A DNA stretch of 62,759 bases, counting the filler, from a bacterium (GTDB lineage: Bacteria; JAMORN01), in assembly GCA_027063545.1 (NCBI GenBank). It is 17 parts of 17 records of this genome, joined end to end, with 100 filler letters (N's around TTAATTAATTAA, not from the genome) between each part and the next. Parts side by side here need not be neighbours in the genome. Positions count along the whole stretch, not along the records: positions 53,146 to 55,008 come from JAMORN010000053.1; positions 55,109 to 56,956 come from JAMORN010000054.1; positions 57,057 to 58,902 come from JAMORN010000055.1; positions 59,003 to 60,838 come from JAMORN010000056.1; positions 60,939 to 62,759 come from JAMORN010000058.1; 12 more parts are not named here. The stretch is one strand, 5' to 3'. The notes below the pieces were generated by a model that was not told where the DNA came from, did no database searches, and saw only the letters and a program-made list of their open reading frames with translations. Made by a program: the position numbers and the translations under genes. Shown piece after piece: positions 53,317-62,759 of the stretch; the first letter of the stretch is position 1, and every line of letters starts with the position of its first letter.

Positions 53317-54075
53317 TTAATTTAGAAAAAATTGTAAAGTATTTTTATATAAAATATCGGCTAATTTTTCCTCTTCTATTTTAAGTAAATCTGCTAAAAA
53401 TTTTAAAGTATACAATAAATTACCTGAATAGTTAACTCTATTTTTTTTCCTTATAGGTTCAGGTGTTAAGAATGGAGAATCTGTTTCTATAATTAAACTT
53501 TCAATAGGGATAGAAAGTACTGCTTTTTGAAGTTTTTTATTGTATGTAATATTTCCACATACTGCTACTTTAAAATCTGATTTTATTAAATCTAAGGCAA
53601 AATCAACATCTCCAGCAAAGCAGTGAAGTATTCCACCTTTTAATTTATCTTTATATTTATTTAATATCTCCCATGTATCTTTTGTGGCTTCTCTAGTATG
53701 AATTATAACATATTTGTCATATTCTATAGCAATTTTTAGTTGTTCTTCAAAGGCTTTTAGCTGAATATTTTTAGTAGAGTAATTTCTATAATAATCAAGA
53801 CCAATTTCTCCAATAGCAATAACTTTAGGCTCATTTAATAATGAAATAAGTTTATCTTTATTATATTTTTCAGAATCATGTGGATGGTATCCAACAGCTA
53901 TGTATATATCCTCTTTTTGTTTTGCTTGCTCTATAGCCAAAAGGGAAGTTTCGTAATCTATACCTATATTGATAAATTTATCTACGCCCTCCTCTTTTGA
54001 TTTATTATAGTAAAATTCGAAATTTTTTGAAAGAGGCTCTAGGTTAAAATGTACATGGGGATCTATAAATTTCAT
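53317..54075 (-). CDS. tatD: TatD-family nuclease
   Basis: IDPHVHF, GYHPHD, AIGEIGLDYY, IIHTREA, LHCF, ETDSPFL. Confidence 0.95.
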   Translation of the reverse strand: MKFIDPHVHFNLEPLSKNFEFYYNKSKEEGVDKFINIGIDYETSLLAIEQAKQKEDIYIAVGYHPHDSEKYNKDKLISLLNEPKVIAIGEIGLDYYRNYSTKNIQLKAFEEQLKIAIEYDKYVIIHTREATKDTWEILNKYKDKLKGGILHCFAGDVDFALDLIKSDFKVAVCGNITYNKKLQKAVLSIPIESLIIETDSPFLTPEPIRKKNRVNYSGNLLYTLKFLADLLKIEEEKLADILYKNTLQFFLN

Positions 54076-54164
54076 AATTTGTTCCTTATTTTTTATTTTT
54101 ATCTAAAAATAAATTTTTATTTTTTGTTTGTCATGACTATAAACTTAGAATAGGATGTTTTGAT

Positions 54165-54791
54165 ATGGAAAAATATGAAGGTGTTAAATTTAGGGTAAAT
54201 ATTTTAGAAGAATCTTTAGAGATAGATAATAACTTTTTAAAGATTTTAAAAGAATTAAATAATACAGCCTATTTGTTTTCTCAACTAGGTCTTACTCCCC
54301 TTCATACAGAAGGTGCTTATGGTAATTTTTCCTTAAGATTAAAAGATGATATATTTATTATATCAAAAACAGGCTTTATCCCTAAAGAAGATTTTAAGTT
54401 AGAAAATTTTGTAGTTGTTAAAGAGGTAGATATAAAAGGGAAAGAAGTATATGCTTATGGCGTTAATAAACCCTCTTCTGAAGCTTTTTTACATTATTTA
54501 TTATACAATAGTAATAAAAAAATAAATTTCATATTACATGGACATTTTGAGCTTTTTTTAAAACATAATAGTATATTAGATATTCCGACAACTAAAAAAT
54601 TTTATCCTTATGGAACTATTGAATTGGGATATAGTGCATTAGAATTATTGGAAGAAAAGAAAGATATAAAACTTCCTTTTATATTTAATTTAAAAGATCA
54701 TGGCTTTGTTGCTATTGGAGATGATTTAAATACGACTAGAAATTTAGTATTAGAAAAGCTAAAATATATAATAGATTTTATAATAAAGTAG
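54165..54791 (+). CDS. Class II aldolase/adducin family protein
   Basis: GNFSLR, ISKTG, PSSEAFLH, LHGH, YGTIEL, LKDHG. Confidence 0.85.
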   Translation: MEKYEGVKFRVNILEESLEIDNNFLKILKELNNTAYLFSQLGLTPLHTEGAYGNFSLRLKDDIFIISKTGFIPKEDFKLENFVVVKEVDIKGKEVYAYGVNKPSSEAFLHYLLYNSNKKINFILHGHFELFLKHNSILDIPTTKKFYPYGTIELGYSALELLEEKKDIKLPFIFNLKDHGFVAIGDDLNTTRNLVLEKLKYIIDFIIK

Positions 54792-55108
54792 ATATATGTA
54801 TCTTAAGTTGAAAATTTATTTTTTTTTATTTATTTTAAACTAAGTGTTTAATTAAATAATTAAAAAGGATTATTCATTTGTGGGTATAGAGATAATTATC
54901 GATAGCAACGAAGAAGAAAGTTCGCAGATAGATATAGAATTTATTAATAAATTTATTACAATTTTACTAGATTATATAAAAGAAAATAATATATCAAAAG
55001 AAGAAGATNNNNNNNNNNNNNNNNNNNNNNNNNNNNNNNNNNNNNNNNNNNNTTAATTAATTAANNNNNNNNNNNNNNNNNNNNNNNNNNNNNNNNNNNN
55101 NNNNNNNN

Positions 55109-55973
55109 AATAATCATAAGGCATTTCTCTTAAATAATCTTTACAATCTTCTTCAATAAATTCATCCTCATTTATTTTTATGTTATTTATAAGGTAATTC
55201 TTTTTTCCTATTTCTAGAGCTTGGCTATCTGTATCTACATTTACTACTTTTGAAGCACCATTTTTATAAGCATAGACACCAAAAGCTGCAGTATATGAAA
55301 AAGCATTTAAAATAGTTTTATCCTTAGCATATTTAGAAAATATTTCTCTATTTTCTCTTTGGTCTATGAAAAACCCTGTTTTTTGAGATTTGTTAAATGA
55401 GACTATAAATTTGTAACCATTTTCATATATTTCAATCTCCTCAGGAATATTTCCATATAAAGCCCCACTTTTTTTGTCCACGCCTTCATGTTTTCTTGTA
55501 ATACTATCACTTTTTTCATATATTCCTTTAGGATTATATATAGAAACAAGAGATCTTATAACCATATCTTTAAAAAAATCTATACCTGCTGTATGAGATT
55601 GAAAAACAATATATTCTCCGTATACATCAACAATTAATCCAGGGAGAAAATCACCTTCCCCATTTATTAATCTATATGTATTTGTATTATCTGATATTAA
55701 ACTTTCTTTAATTTTTTTTAAGTTAAGTATTTTTTTATAGAAGTAATTATAATTTAGATTAATATCATTATATTCAAAAACTCTAACCATTATATCTGAA
55801 GTTTTATTTACATATCCTATTCCAATAAACCTTTTTTGATAAAAAATTTTGCATGGTTGTCCATCATGTTTATAATTTTCAATACGTTCTATTGCCCCAG
55901 AAAAAATCCACGGAGATTTACTTTCTATAACCTTTTGCTTATTACTTTTTATATAAACTTTTGCAAATTCCAT
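55109..55973 (-). CDS. rlmI: 23S rRNA m5C1962 methyltransferase RlmI-like (3' truncated)
   Basis: PUA region PWIFSGAI, RLINGEGDFLPGLIVD, QKTGFFIDQRENR, LNAFSYT. Confidence 0.92.
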
Positions 55974-56007
55974 AATACATCCTTTATTTGTAGTTTTTTA
56001 AACTTTT

Positions 56008-56802
56008 TTACATTGCTAATTTTGTTATTATTAACGCTAGTAAATAATAAGCAAATACATGAAAATATCTTTTTCTAATAATAAATGTAAGAAATTTTAA
56101 TGATAATAGTCCAAAAAATAAAGCAGAGAAAAAGCCAGAGATTATAATAGGAGAGAATAGAATATTAAAATTTTCTATATCTTTTAATTGTAATAAAAAT
56201 GCTCCTAATATTACAGGGATTGACATAATAAATGAAAATTTAGCAGCATCTTCTTTATTGATTTTAAGAAAGATAGCTGTTGATATTGTACTACCAGACC
56301 TAGATATACCAGGAAGTATTGCAATAGCTTGAGCTATACCTATTAAAAAACTTTTGATAACTCCTATATTTTCCATTTTTATATATGCTTTATCTTGAAA
56401 AAATTTTGTAAGAAGTAATAGCGTACTAGTTATAAAAAAGTTTATATATACTATATTTGGCGAAGAAAATATATTTTCTATTTTTTCTTCAAATAATAAT
56501 CCAACTATTCCAGCTGGAATCATACTTACAATTATATATATAATGAGTTTTATATTTACTCCAAAATTTTTATCTTTTAACTCTTGAAAAGCTCCTAGTA
56601 TTATATAGTATAAATCTTTATAAAAGAAAATAATAACAGCTATTAATGTCGCAAAATGAACCGTTGTATCATAAAGTAATTGGATATTATTAGGCATATT
56701 GAAATAATTTTGCAAAAGTACCAAATGTCCACTACTAGATATAGGTAAAAACTCTGTTATTCCTTGAATAGCACCTAAAATAATACTTTGATATATATAC
56801 AA
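56008..56802 (-). CDS. uppP: Undecaprenyl-diphosphate phosphatase
   Basis: QGITEFLPISSSGHL, PGISRSGSTI, FSFIMSIP. Confidence 0.97.
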   Translation of the reverse strand: MYIYQSIILGAIQGITEFLPISSSGHLVLLQNYFNMPNNIQLLYDTTVHFATLIAVIIFFYKDLYYIILGAFQELKDKNFGVNIKLIIYIIVSMIPAGIVGLLFEEKIENIFSSPNIVYINFFITSTLLLLTKFFQDKAYIKMENIGVIKSFLIGIAQAIAILPGISRSGSTISTAIFLKINKEDAAKFSFIMSIPVILGAFLLQLKDIENFNILFSPIIISGFFSALFFGLLSLKFLTFIIRKRYFHVFAYYLLALIITKLAM

Positions 56803-57056
56803 GTTTATATTTCCTTTTATATTTATATTTTAAAATAAAAATTGAAATAATTTTTTACAATATTTTTAATTATAAAAAAAGAAAAAATTGGCTTAAATAA
56901 TAGAATTTGGTGGTTTCAACATTTAGAAATAGCATTTAGAAATATAGAAACATTAGNNNNNNNNNNNNNNNNNNNNNNNNNNNNNNNNNNNNNNNNNNNN
57001 TTAATTAATTAANNNNNNNNNNNNNNNNNNNNNNNNNNNNNNNNNNNNNNNNNNNN

Positions 57057-57249
57057 TGAGTTGAAAAAAATAAAGAATGAGATTATTGTTGCCGGAGGTT
57101 TAGGTCTTAATAATTTAGATAATCTTTTATCAAAGTATAAAGAAAAGATTTGGGGTATAGACTTAAATAGTGGTGTAGAAGAAAAGCCCGGAAGAAAATC
57201 TAAAGAAAAGATTTTAGAGGTGATAAAGATACTAGAGAAATATTTATAG
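57057..57249 (+). CDS. trpF: Phosphoribosylanthranilate isomerase, C-terminal fragment
   Basis: AGGLGLNN...GIDLNSGVEEKPGRKS. Confidence 0.85.
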
Positions 57250-57260
57250 AGGTTGTAGGA

Positions 57261-58040
57261 ATGTCAAAGCCTGATATTTCAGTAATTATAGCAACTTACA
57301 ACAGAAAAGATCTTCTTTTAAAACTTATTAAAAGAGTGAGGCTTCAGGAGAAGGTAAAAGCAGAGATTATCGTTGCTGATGATGGTTCTAAAAATCCAGA
57401 GATTTTTGAAGGACTTGTTGATTGGTATTTATGGAAAAAAGATGAGGGTAATACAAAAGTAGAGATGTTAAGAGCAGCAATAAGGGTTGCAAGATGTGAA
57501 AAAATAGTTTTTCTTGATGATGATGCTATACCTCAGAGTAGTTTATGGCTTTATTCTCACTATGAGGGTCTTGATACATCAAGGGTTACCAAAGGTGCTG
57601 TTTATACATTTAAGGTAGATGAGAAAACAGGGGAGTATTTATTTCAATACCCAGTAGAGGATGGTGTTAATGGAAAGATTTGGACAGCAATAAACATGGG
57701 ATTTTATAAGGAGGATCTTATAAAACTTGATGCTTTTGATATGATTTATAATGGGAACTATGCTGTAGAGGATACAGATTTAATAAATACTTTTTTATGG
57801 CATGGGTATAAAATAAAATTTTTAGATCCAAATATATCTCAAGTTCACCATATAGGAAAATTATATAATATGAATGAACAAGGTCAGATACTTGATAAAC
57901 ATAAGGTTAATTATGAAAAATTTTTAAAAAAATGGGGTGATAAACTTGATTTAATTAATAATAATATGATCTTTGTTGATAATTATCTTTTTCTTGTTGA
58001 TCCTAAAACTATGGAAAAACTCAAAGGTCTAAAACAATAA
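57261..58040 (+). CDS. Glycosyltransferase family 2
   Basis: ISVIIATYNR, VADDGS, FLDDD, EDTDL. Confidence 0.9.
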   Translation: MSKPDISVIIATYNRKDLLLKLIKRVRLQEKVKAEIIVADDGSKNPEIFEGLVDWYLWKKDEGNTKVEMLRAAIRVARCEKIVFLDDDAIPQSSLWLYSHYEGLDTSRVTKGAVYTFKVDEKTGEYLFQYPVEDGVNGKIWTAINMGFYKEDLIKLDAFDMIYNGNYAVEDTDLINTFLWHGYKIKFLDPNISQVHHIGKLYNMNEQGQILDKHKVNYEKFLKKWGDKLDLINNNMIFVDNYLFLVDPKTMEKLKGLKQ

Positions 58041-58081
58041 ATTTTTTTTGTTATCAAATTTAGATATATCTAAAAAAATAC

Positions 58082-58110
58082 TTGACTTTTTATCAAATGT
58101 TTATTATAAT
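58082..58110 (+). promoter_or_regulatory. Near-consensus sigma70 promoter
   Basis: TTGACT (58082-58087), 17-nt spacer, TATAAT (58105-58110); SD AAGGAGG before ATG 58162. Confidence 0.8.
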
Positions 58111-58161
58111 ATATAATAAAGAACAATAGTTCAAAATAATAAACACTAAGGAGGTATAAAT

Positions 58162-58425
58162 ATGCCAGGAGGATTTGGAAGAGGTATGGGAGGTGGTTTT
58201 GGAAGAGGGATGGGACAAGGACGAGGGGGTGGAATGGGAGGTATGGGCGCAGGAGGTTATTGTATTTGTTTAAAATGTGGTTATAGGGTTCCTAAAGAAA
58301 GAGGAGTTCCTTGTCAGGAACTTAAATGTCCCAATTGTGGTGTTAGACTTGTAAGAGAGGGAGGATATCATCATAATCTATTTTTAGAAAAGCAGAGGGG
58401 AAAAAATAATCCAAATCAGGAATAG
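58162..58425 (+). CDS. Small Gly/Arg-rich protein with Cys-rich metal-binding ribbon
   Basis: GGFGRGMG repeats, then CICLKCG...[10 protein letters not shown]. Confidence 0.85.
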   Translation: MPGGFGRGMGGGFGRGMGQGRGGGMGGMGAGGYCICLKCGYRVPKERGVPCQELKCPNCGVRLVREGGYHHNLFLEKQRGKNNPNQE

Positions 58426-58431
58426 CAGGTT

Positions 58432-58881
58432 ATGCCAAGAAGAAGACGAAGAAGATGGGTTGAATTTCCTCCTATATTTTGGGGCTTTAAACCCTGGGGA
58501 TTTATAAATCCTCAAATTAGAGAAGAAGTTAATCTAAGTTTAGATGAATATGAGGCAATCAGGTTGGTTGATTATTTAGGTTTAAAACATGAGGATGCAG
58601 CTGAAAAGATGAATATTTCACGACCCACATTTACCAGAATACTTGAGGATGCTCATAAAAAAATAGCAGATGCTATTATAAATGGCAAAGAGTTATTAAT
58701 AAAAGGAGGAGATGTAGAGATAAAAAATAAAAGATATGTATGTCTTGATTGTAATAAGATTATAGAAGAAAATGAACTTGATAGCCATAGATATGATAAT
58801 ATTTATGAAATAGGAAATTTTTATAGGGGATTTGGACCACCTTTTGGACGATGGGGAAAAGGAAGATTTAAAAAATGGTAA
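58432..58881 (+). CDS. DUF134 family HTH DNA-binding protein
   Basis: MPRRRRRRWV, LDEYEAIRLVDY, AAEKMNISRPTFTRIL..AHKKIADA, CxxC. Confidence 0.93.
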   Translation: MPRRRRRRWVEFPPIFWGFKPWGFINPQIREEVNLSLDEYEAIRLVDYLGLKHEDAAEKMNISRPTFTRILEDAHKKIADAIINGKELLIKGGDVEIKNKRYVCLDCNKIIEENELDSHRYDNIYEIGNFYRGFGPPFGRWGKGRFKKW

Positions 58882-59002
58882 TATTTTAATTTGATAAATT
58901 ATNNNNNNNNNNNNNNNNNNNNNNNNNNNNNNNNNNNNNNNNNNNNTTAATTAATTAANNNNNNNNNNNNNNNNNNNNNNNNNNNNNNNNNNNNNNNNNN
59001 NN

Positions 59003-59746
59003 GTTAACTTAAAAAAACTTTGGAAAATAGATGAAAAAATAAAAGAAAATTCCACAAAAAGGGTTATTATAGTAAACTATGAAAATAAACTACTAGGATT
59101 TATTGTTGATAGTATCGACGAAATAAAATGGATAAATAATGATAATATAAAAAAGGTGGAAGAAAATTTTATAAAAAATAAAGGTGCAATTATACTTTCC
59201 GATAATGAGATTTCTTTAATTATAGATTTTAAAGAATTTGATGAAGCAATAAATTTCTTTAATAATAATATAAAAAATCAAGGAGAAAACAATATGGAAA
59301 ATGAAGAAAAACTACATAATGAAGATAAAAACTTAACCAAAATACTTCATTTTAAAATTTCAAATATAGATCTTGGTATAGAAATAGAAAAAGTTAAAGA
59401 AGTAGTGGAATTATCTGAAATTACTCCTCTGCCTAAAAGTCCAGAATATATTATGGGTGTTATGAACTTAAGAAATTCTGTAATTACAATAATGTCACTT
59501 CATAAAAGACTTTCTATAACAGAAAATGAAAATAATTCGGAAATTAATAAAAGGGTGATTGTTCTTGAAGAAAAATCTATAGCTCTTCTTGTTGATTCTT
59601 TGGAAGGAATAAAAAATGTTGAACTTTCAAGAAATACATCTGAAATTGAGGATATAAAAATTGAAGAAAAATACTTAAAAGGAATAACTACCATTGACAA
59701 TGGAAAATTAATTTTTATTTTAAATATAGAAAAACTCTTAAAATAA
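59003..59746 (+). CDS. cheW: Tandem CheW-domain chemotaxis protein (5' truncated)
   Basis: Frame open from contig edge: first domain RVIIV...LGFIVDSI, second ITPLPKSPEYIMGVMNLR...ALLVDSL. Confidence 0.9.
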   Translation, partial: VNLKKLWKIDEKIKENSTKRVIIVNYENKLLGFIVDSIDEIKWINNDNIKKVEENFIKNKGAIILSDNEISLIIDFKEFDEAINFFNNNIKNQGENNMENEEKLHNEDKNLTKILHFKISNIDLGIEIEKVKEVVELSEITPLPKSPEYIMGVMNLRNSVITIMSLHKRLSITENENNSEINKRVIVLEEKSIALLVDSLEGIKNVELSRNTSEIEDIKIEEKYLKGITTIDNGKLIFILNIEKLLK

Positions 59747-59752
59747 ATTTTT

Positions 59753-60802
59753 ATGAAGGGTGAAAGGATTATTAAAAGAATAGAATTATATAAACAAGTT
59801 TTTGAAAAAGTTTTTGATAATTATATTACATTATCAAAAAAATTAAATAATATATCAATATATCTTAATTTTCAAATAAAAAAATTTTATTCTGATATTG
59901 AAATGATGGAATCTTCTAATAAAGTTGATGAAGATATTTTTCGAAAATTAAGAACTCAAATAGATGACTTTATAGAAAAATTGGAAATGTCTTCTTTAAA
60001 TTCAAAATTAAGAGCCTCAGAACTTGAAGAAATAAGAGGTATGACAAATGTTATAGGATCTATTATAAAAGAAGAAGCTTTAAATTTCTCTTCTAGATTT
60101 AACAAATTTGAAAAATTATTCAGTGAAATTAGTGATACTATGAATTTTATAATAAAAGAATTTAAAGTTAGAACTCATTTTTTCCCAAAAGTACCTAAGG
60201 CATTAAGTCAATTAAAAGAAAGCATAGAAGATAATGTTGTTCCTATCTTATACAAAGTTGATTATACGTGGGTAGATTTAGATAAACTTAAATATGATTT
60301 TAAAGTTATAATAAAATTATTAGATTTAATTTTACTATATATAGAGAGACTAAATAAAAATAAAGAATCTTTCCTATTAAATATTAGTTATCACAAAAAT
60401 AAACTATCTCTTTTATTTAGAGATTTAGAATTAATGTTAGAAGAATATAATAATTTTTATCTGAAGTTAACCCATCTTATAATAATCACAAAGGTAAAAA
60501 CTGGAAGCAGTCATAAAGAGAAATTTATTATGATTATAGACACTTTAAATTCTATAAGAGATGAGGCTTTTATTACTTATCAAAAAGTTTTGAAAATATA
60601 TGAAAAATATATAAAAGCTATGGAGAAAATTGAAAAAGTTGAAACAGAACATTTTAAAATAATTGATGAAATTCTAATTTACAAATATTTAGAGGTAATA
60701 AATAAAATATATCAAAATGGAAAAGGGTTAAGAAGCTTTCTTGAAAAAGAAATAAAAATTTTAGATGATATTCAAAAGGGAGATTTTGGGTATGAAAGTT
60801 AA
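59753..60802 (+). CDS. Soluble helical protein, possibly a degenerate chemoreceptor signalling domain
   Basis: Heptad-rich, no TM; SLNSKLRASEL...NVIGSIIKEEA weakly resembles the MCP hairpin tip; downstream of cheW. Confidence 0.45.
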   Translation: MKGERIIKRIELYKQVFEKVFDNYITLSKKLNNISIYLNFQIKKFYSDIEMMESSNKVDEDIFRKLRTQIDDFIEKLEMSSLNSKLRASELEEIRGMTNVIGSIIKEEALNFSSRFNKFEKLFSEISDTMNFIIKEFKVRTHFFPKVPKALSQLKESIEDNVVPILYKVDYTWVDLDKLKYDFKVIIKLLDLILLYIERLNKNKESFLLNISYHKNKLSLLFRDLELMLEEYNNFYLKLTHLIIITKVKTGSSHKEKFIMIIDTLNSIRDEAFITYQKVLKIYEKYIKAMEKIEKVETEHFKIIDEILIYKYLEVINKIYQNGKGLRSFLEKEIKILDDIQKGDFGYES

Positions 60803-60938
60803 TTCTAATCTTATAGATGCAATTAATATCCTATCTTCNNNNNNNNNNNNNNNNNNNNNNNNNNNNNNNNNNNNNNNNNNNNTTAATTAATTAANNNNNN
60901 NNNNNNNNNNNNNNNNNNNNNNNNNNNNNNNNNNNNNN

Positions 60939-61672
60939 TGGACTATGATGGTTATAATAAAACAATATTGGTTAAGAATAATTATATAAATATAAGCCCA
61001 GCCTTAAGTCCTGATCATAAGTATTTAGCCTATGTTTCATATAAATATAGTATTCCTTCCATAATTCTAAAGAATTTACAAACTCAAGAAGAATTTAATA
61101 TAACTAGAGGATTTGATTATGCTGGTTCTCCATCTTTTTCTCATGATGGAACTAAGTTAGCCTTTTCTGCTTCTAGACATGGAAATTCTGATATCTATAT
61201 ATATGATATAAAAACAAAAAAAATAACACGAGTAACACGACATTGGGGTATTGATACTCAACCTGCCTTTTCTCCTACAGATAAAGAGATAGTATTTACA
61301 TCTGATAGAGGTGGTATGCCACAGATATATATAATAAATATAGATGGAACTTTACCTACAAGAATATCATTTGAAGGTAAAGATAATGAAGACCCTTCTT
61401 GGTCACCAGATGGTACTAAGATTGTATATGCATCATATAGAGATCATGGATTTAAGATTGTAATAAAAAATATTATTACGGGAGAGGAATTTTTATATAC
61501 TGCTTCCAATAATAATGAGTCTCCTACATGGGCACCTGATGGCCAGCATATAGCATTTGAGGTTGGATATGGTTCTTATAGGCAAATAAAAGTTTTAGAT
61601 CTTTTAACTGGAGAGTCATTTTATTTAACCAAAATAGGAAGTAACTTTTCACCAAATTGGAGTTTTAAATAA
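60939..61672 (+). CDS. tolB: TolB beta-propeller (5' truncated)
   Basis: PD40 repeats (PSFSHDG, PAFSP, PSWSPDG, PTWAPDG), SDRGGMPQIY; upstream of pal. Confidence 0.95.
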
Positions 61673-61750
61673 TTTAAAAATATGATAAAAAAATTTATTT
61701 TATTATTAGTGAGTTTAAAAGGAAAATTGAAAAAATATGGAGGGATAGAT

Positions 61751-62272
61751 ATGAAAAAGGTTGTTATATTATTAGTATTAGGAATGTTTACATTTTCTCT
61801 GTATAACTGTACATCAAGTAAAAAAGTAACAAAGCCAGTAGAGGAACCAAAACCTGATACAACTGTAAAAGCCCCACCTCCACCACCTACAAAACCTAAA
61901 CCTAAACCACAACCTAAACCTACAGAACCAACTATAGAGGAAATACTTGAAGATATACATTTTGATTTTGATTCTTATGAAATAAGACCAGATGCTATTC
62001 CTATATTAAATAGAATAGCAAAATACTTAGAAAAACATAAAGATATAAAGTTGATAATAGAAGGGCATTGTGATGAGAGAGGAACAATAGAATATAATCA
62101 AGCATTGGGGCAAAAAAGAGCTGATGCGGTGAAGGATTATTTTGTCTCTTATGGATTATCTCCTGATAGATTTAAAACAATTTCTTATGGAGAATTAAAA
62201 CCAATAGATCCTAGACATAACGAAGAAGCTTATGCAAAGAATAGAAGAGTGCATTTTAGGGTATGGAAGTAA
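61751..62272 (+). CDS. pal: Peptidoglycan-associated lipoprotein Pal with Pro/Lys-rich linker
   Basis: Likely start ATG 61751, lipobox LYNC, IHFDFD, IEGHCDERGT.EYN.ALG..RA, NRRV. Confidence 0.95.
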   Translation: MKKVVILLVLGMFTFSLYNCTSSKKVTKPVEEPKPDTTVKAPPPPPTKPKPKPQPKPTEPTIEEILEDIHFDFDSYEIRPDAIPILNRIAKYLEKHKDIKLIIEGHCDERGTIEYNQALGQKRADAVKDYFVSYGLSPDRFKTISYGELKPIDPRHNEEAYAKNRRVHFRVWK

Positions 62273-62759
62273 TAAAAGGTAAATATAGTTTAATAGTATT
62301 ATTTTTTGTTATTTTTTCTATAAATAGTTGCAGTTACATTACTATTGTTAGGACTAAAGAGTTAAATGAAGCAAGAGATTCGGTTATTGTTAATTTAAAT
62401 AGAAGAGTGGATTCTTTAGAGACACAAATAGATTCTATAAAAGTGTTAATAGTAAATTTACAAAATGCCTTTGCTAGTTTTAATGAGCAAGCTATGAATA
62501 TGTTAAGATCAGATAGATTAGCTATTAAGATGAGTTTAAATAGATTAGATAGACAGCTAGCTTTTTTAGAGGATAAATTGGAGAGAAGTCAATATGAATT
62601 AAAAAAGATTAGTAGTAAGGTTGGAGAGTTTGAAAATATAAAAGTGGCTGTATATGAAAAAAATAAAAGTGATTCATTGGATATAGATAATATAAAAAGT
62701 AAGGAATTGTATGAGTTAGCTTATAGTGATTATATAGGTAGAAGATACGATTTAGCTAT
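62263..62759 (+). CDS. cpoB: CpoB/YbgF Tol-Pal TPR lipoprotein (3' truncated; missing from ORF track)
   Basis: Hand translation MEVIKGKYSLIVLFFVIFSINSC, coiled coil, then ELYELAYSDYIGRRYDLA; follows pal. Confidence 0.8.
   Translation, partial: MEVIKGKYSLIVLFFVIFSINSCSYITIVRTKELNEARDSVIVNLNRRVDSLETQIDSIKVLIVNLQNAFASFNEQAMNMLRSDRLAIKMSLNRLDRQLAFLEDKLERSQYELKKISSKVGEFENIKVAVYEKNKSDSLDIDNIKSKELYELAYSDYIGRRYDLA

Noticed and set aside
54880-55008. Gene start MGIEIIIDSNEE..., possibly ybeY
   Set aside because: Truncated before any diagnostic motif; cannot be supported
11734-60938. Regularly recurring TTAATTAATTAA as a repeat family or CRISPR-like array
   Set aside because: Always flanked by 44 Ns on each side; it is a synthetic all-frame-stop spacer
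61860-61930. AAACCT-type tandem repeats in pal
   Set aside because: They encode an ordinary Pro/Lys linker in frame; no sign of phase variation

Overview
This very AT-rich bacterial window is not contiguous DNA. It consists of 17 contig fragments joined by 16 identical 100-nt artificial linkers (N44-TTAATTAATTAA-N44), as in a concatenated draft genome or MAG, so adjacency across linkers means nothing and many genes are cut at contig edges. The organism is diderm (SurA, Tol-Pal, PilQ-type secretin, beta-barrel proteins). An FCB/Fibrobacterota-like affiliation and possible thermophily are inferences only. Content is mostly housekeeping: mfd-ppiC-surA-pdxA-ftsEX-envC-holB-ricT-metG-miaB, murB, sppA, holA, a dcw cluster split over two contigs, murI, uppP, rlmI, tatD, tolB-pal-cpoB and three tRNAs (Lys-CTT, Val-TAC, Asp-GTC). 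There are also c-di-GMP genes, polysaccharide genes, chemotaxis genes and a lone VirB4/TraC-like ATPase. The most interesting signals are: (1) a sugar ABC transporter whose MalG-type permease carries a large beta-propeller-like extracytoplasmic insertion, downstream of a degenerate EAL-HDOD/pseudo-REC-GGDEF pair; (2) an FtsE homolog lacking Walker A, signature and H-loop inside an intact ftsEX-envC operon; (3) an SppA with an N-terminal barrel-like domain next to a secreted HExxH protease; (4) a degenerate GGDEF + processive GT2 + UDP-sugar dehydrogenase exopolysaccharide locus; (5) rsmH broken in a way that fits collapse of a 14-bp direct repeat; (6) readable regulatory sites (10-bp-periodic MraZ boxes and a shared TTTAG-N6-CTAAA motif at two metal-related promoters). 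All family calls come from motif recognition, not database searches. No CRISPR array, rRNA or IS element was recognised.
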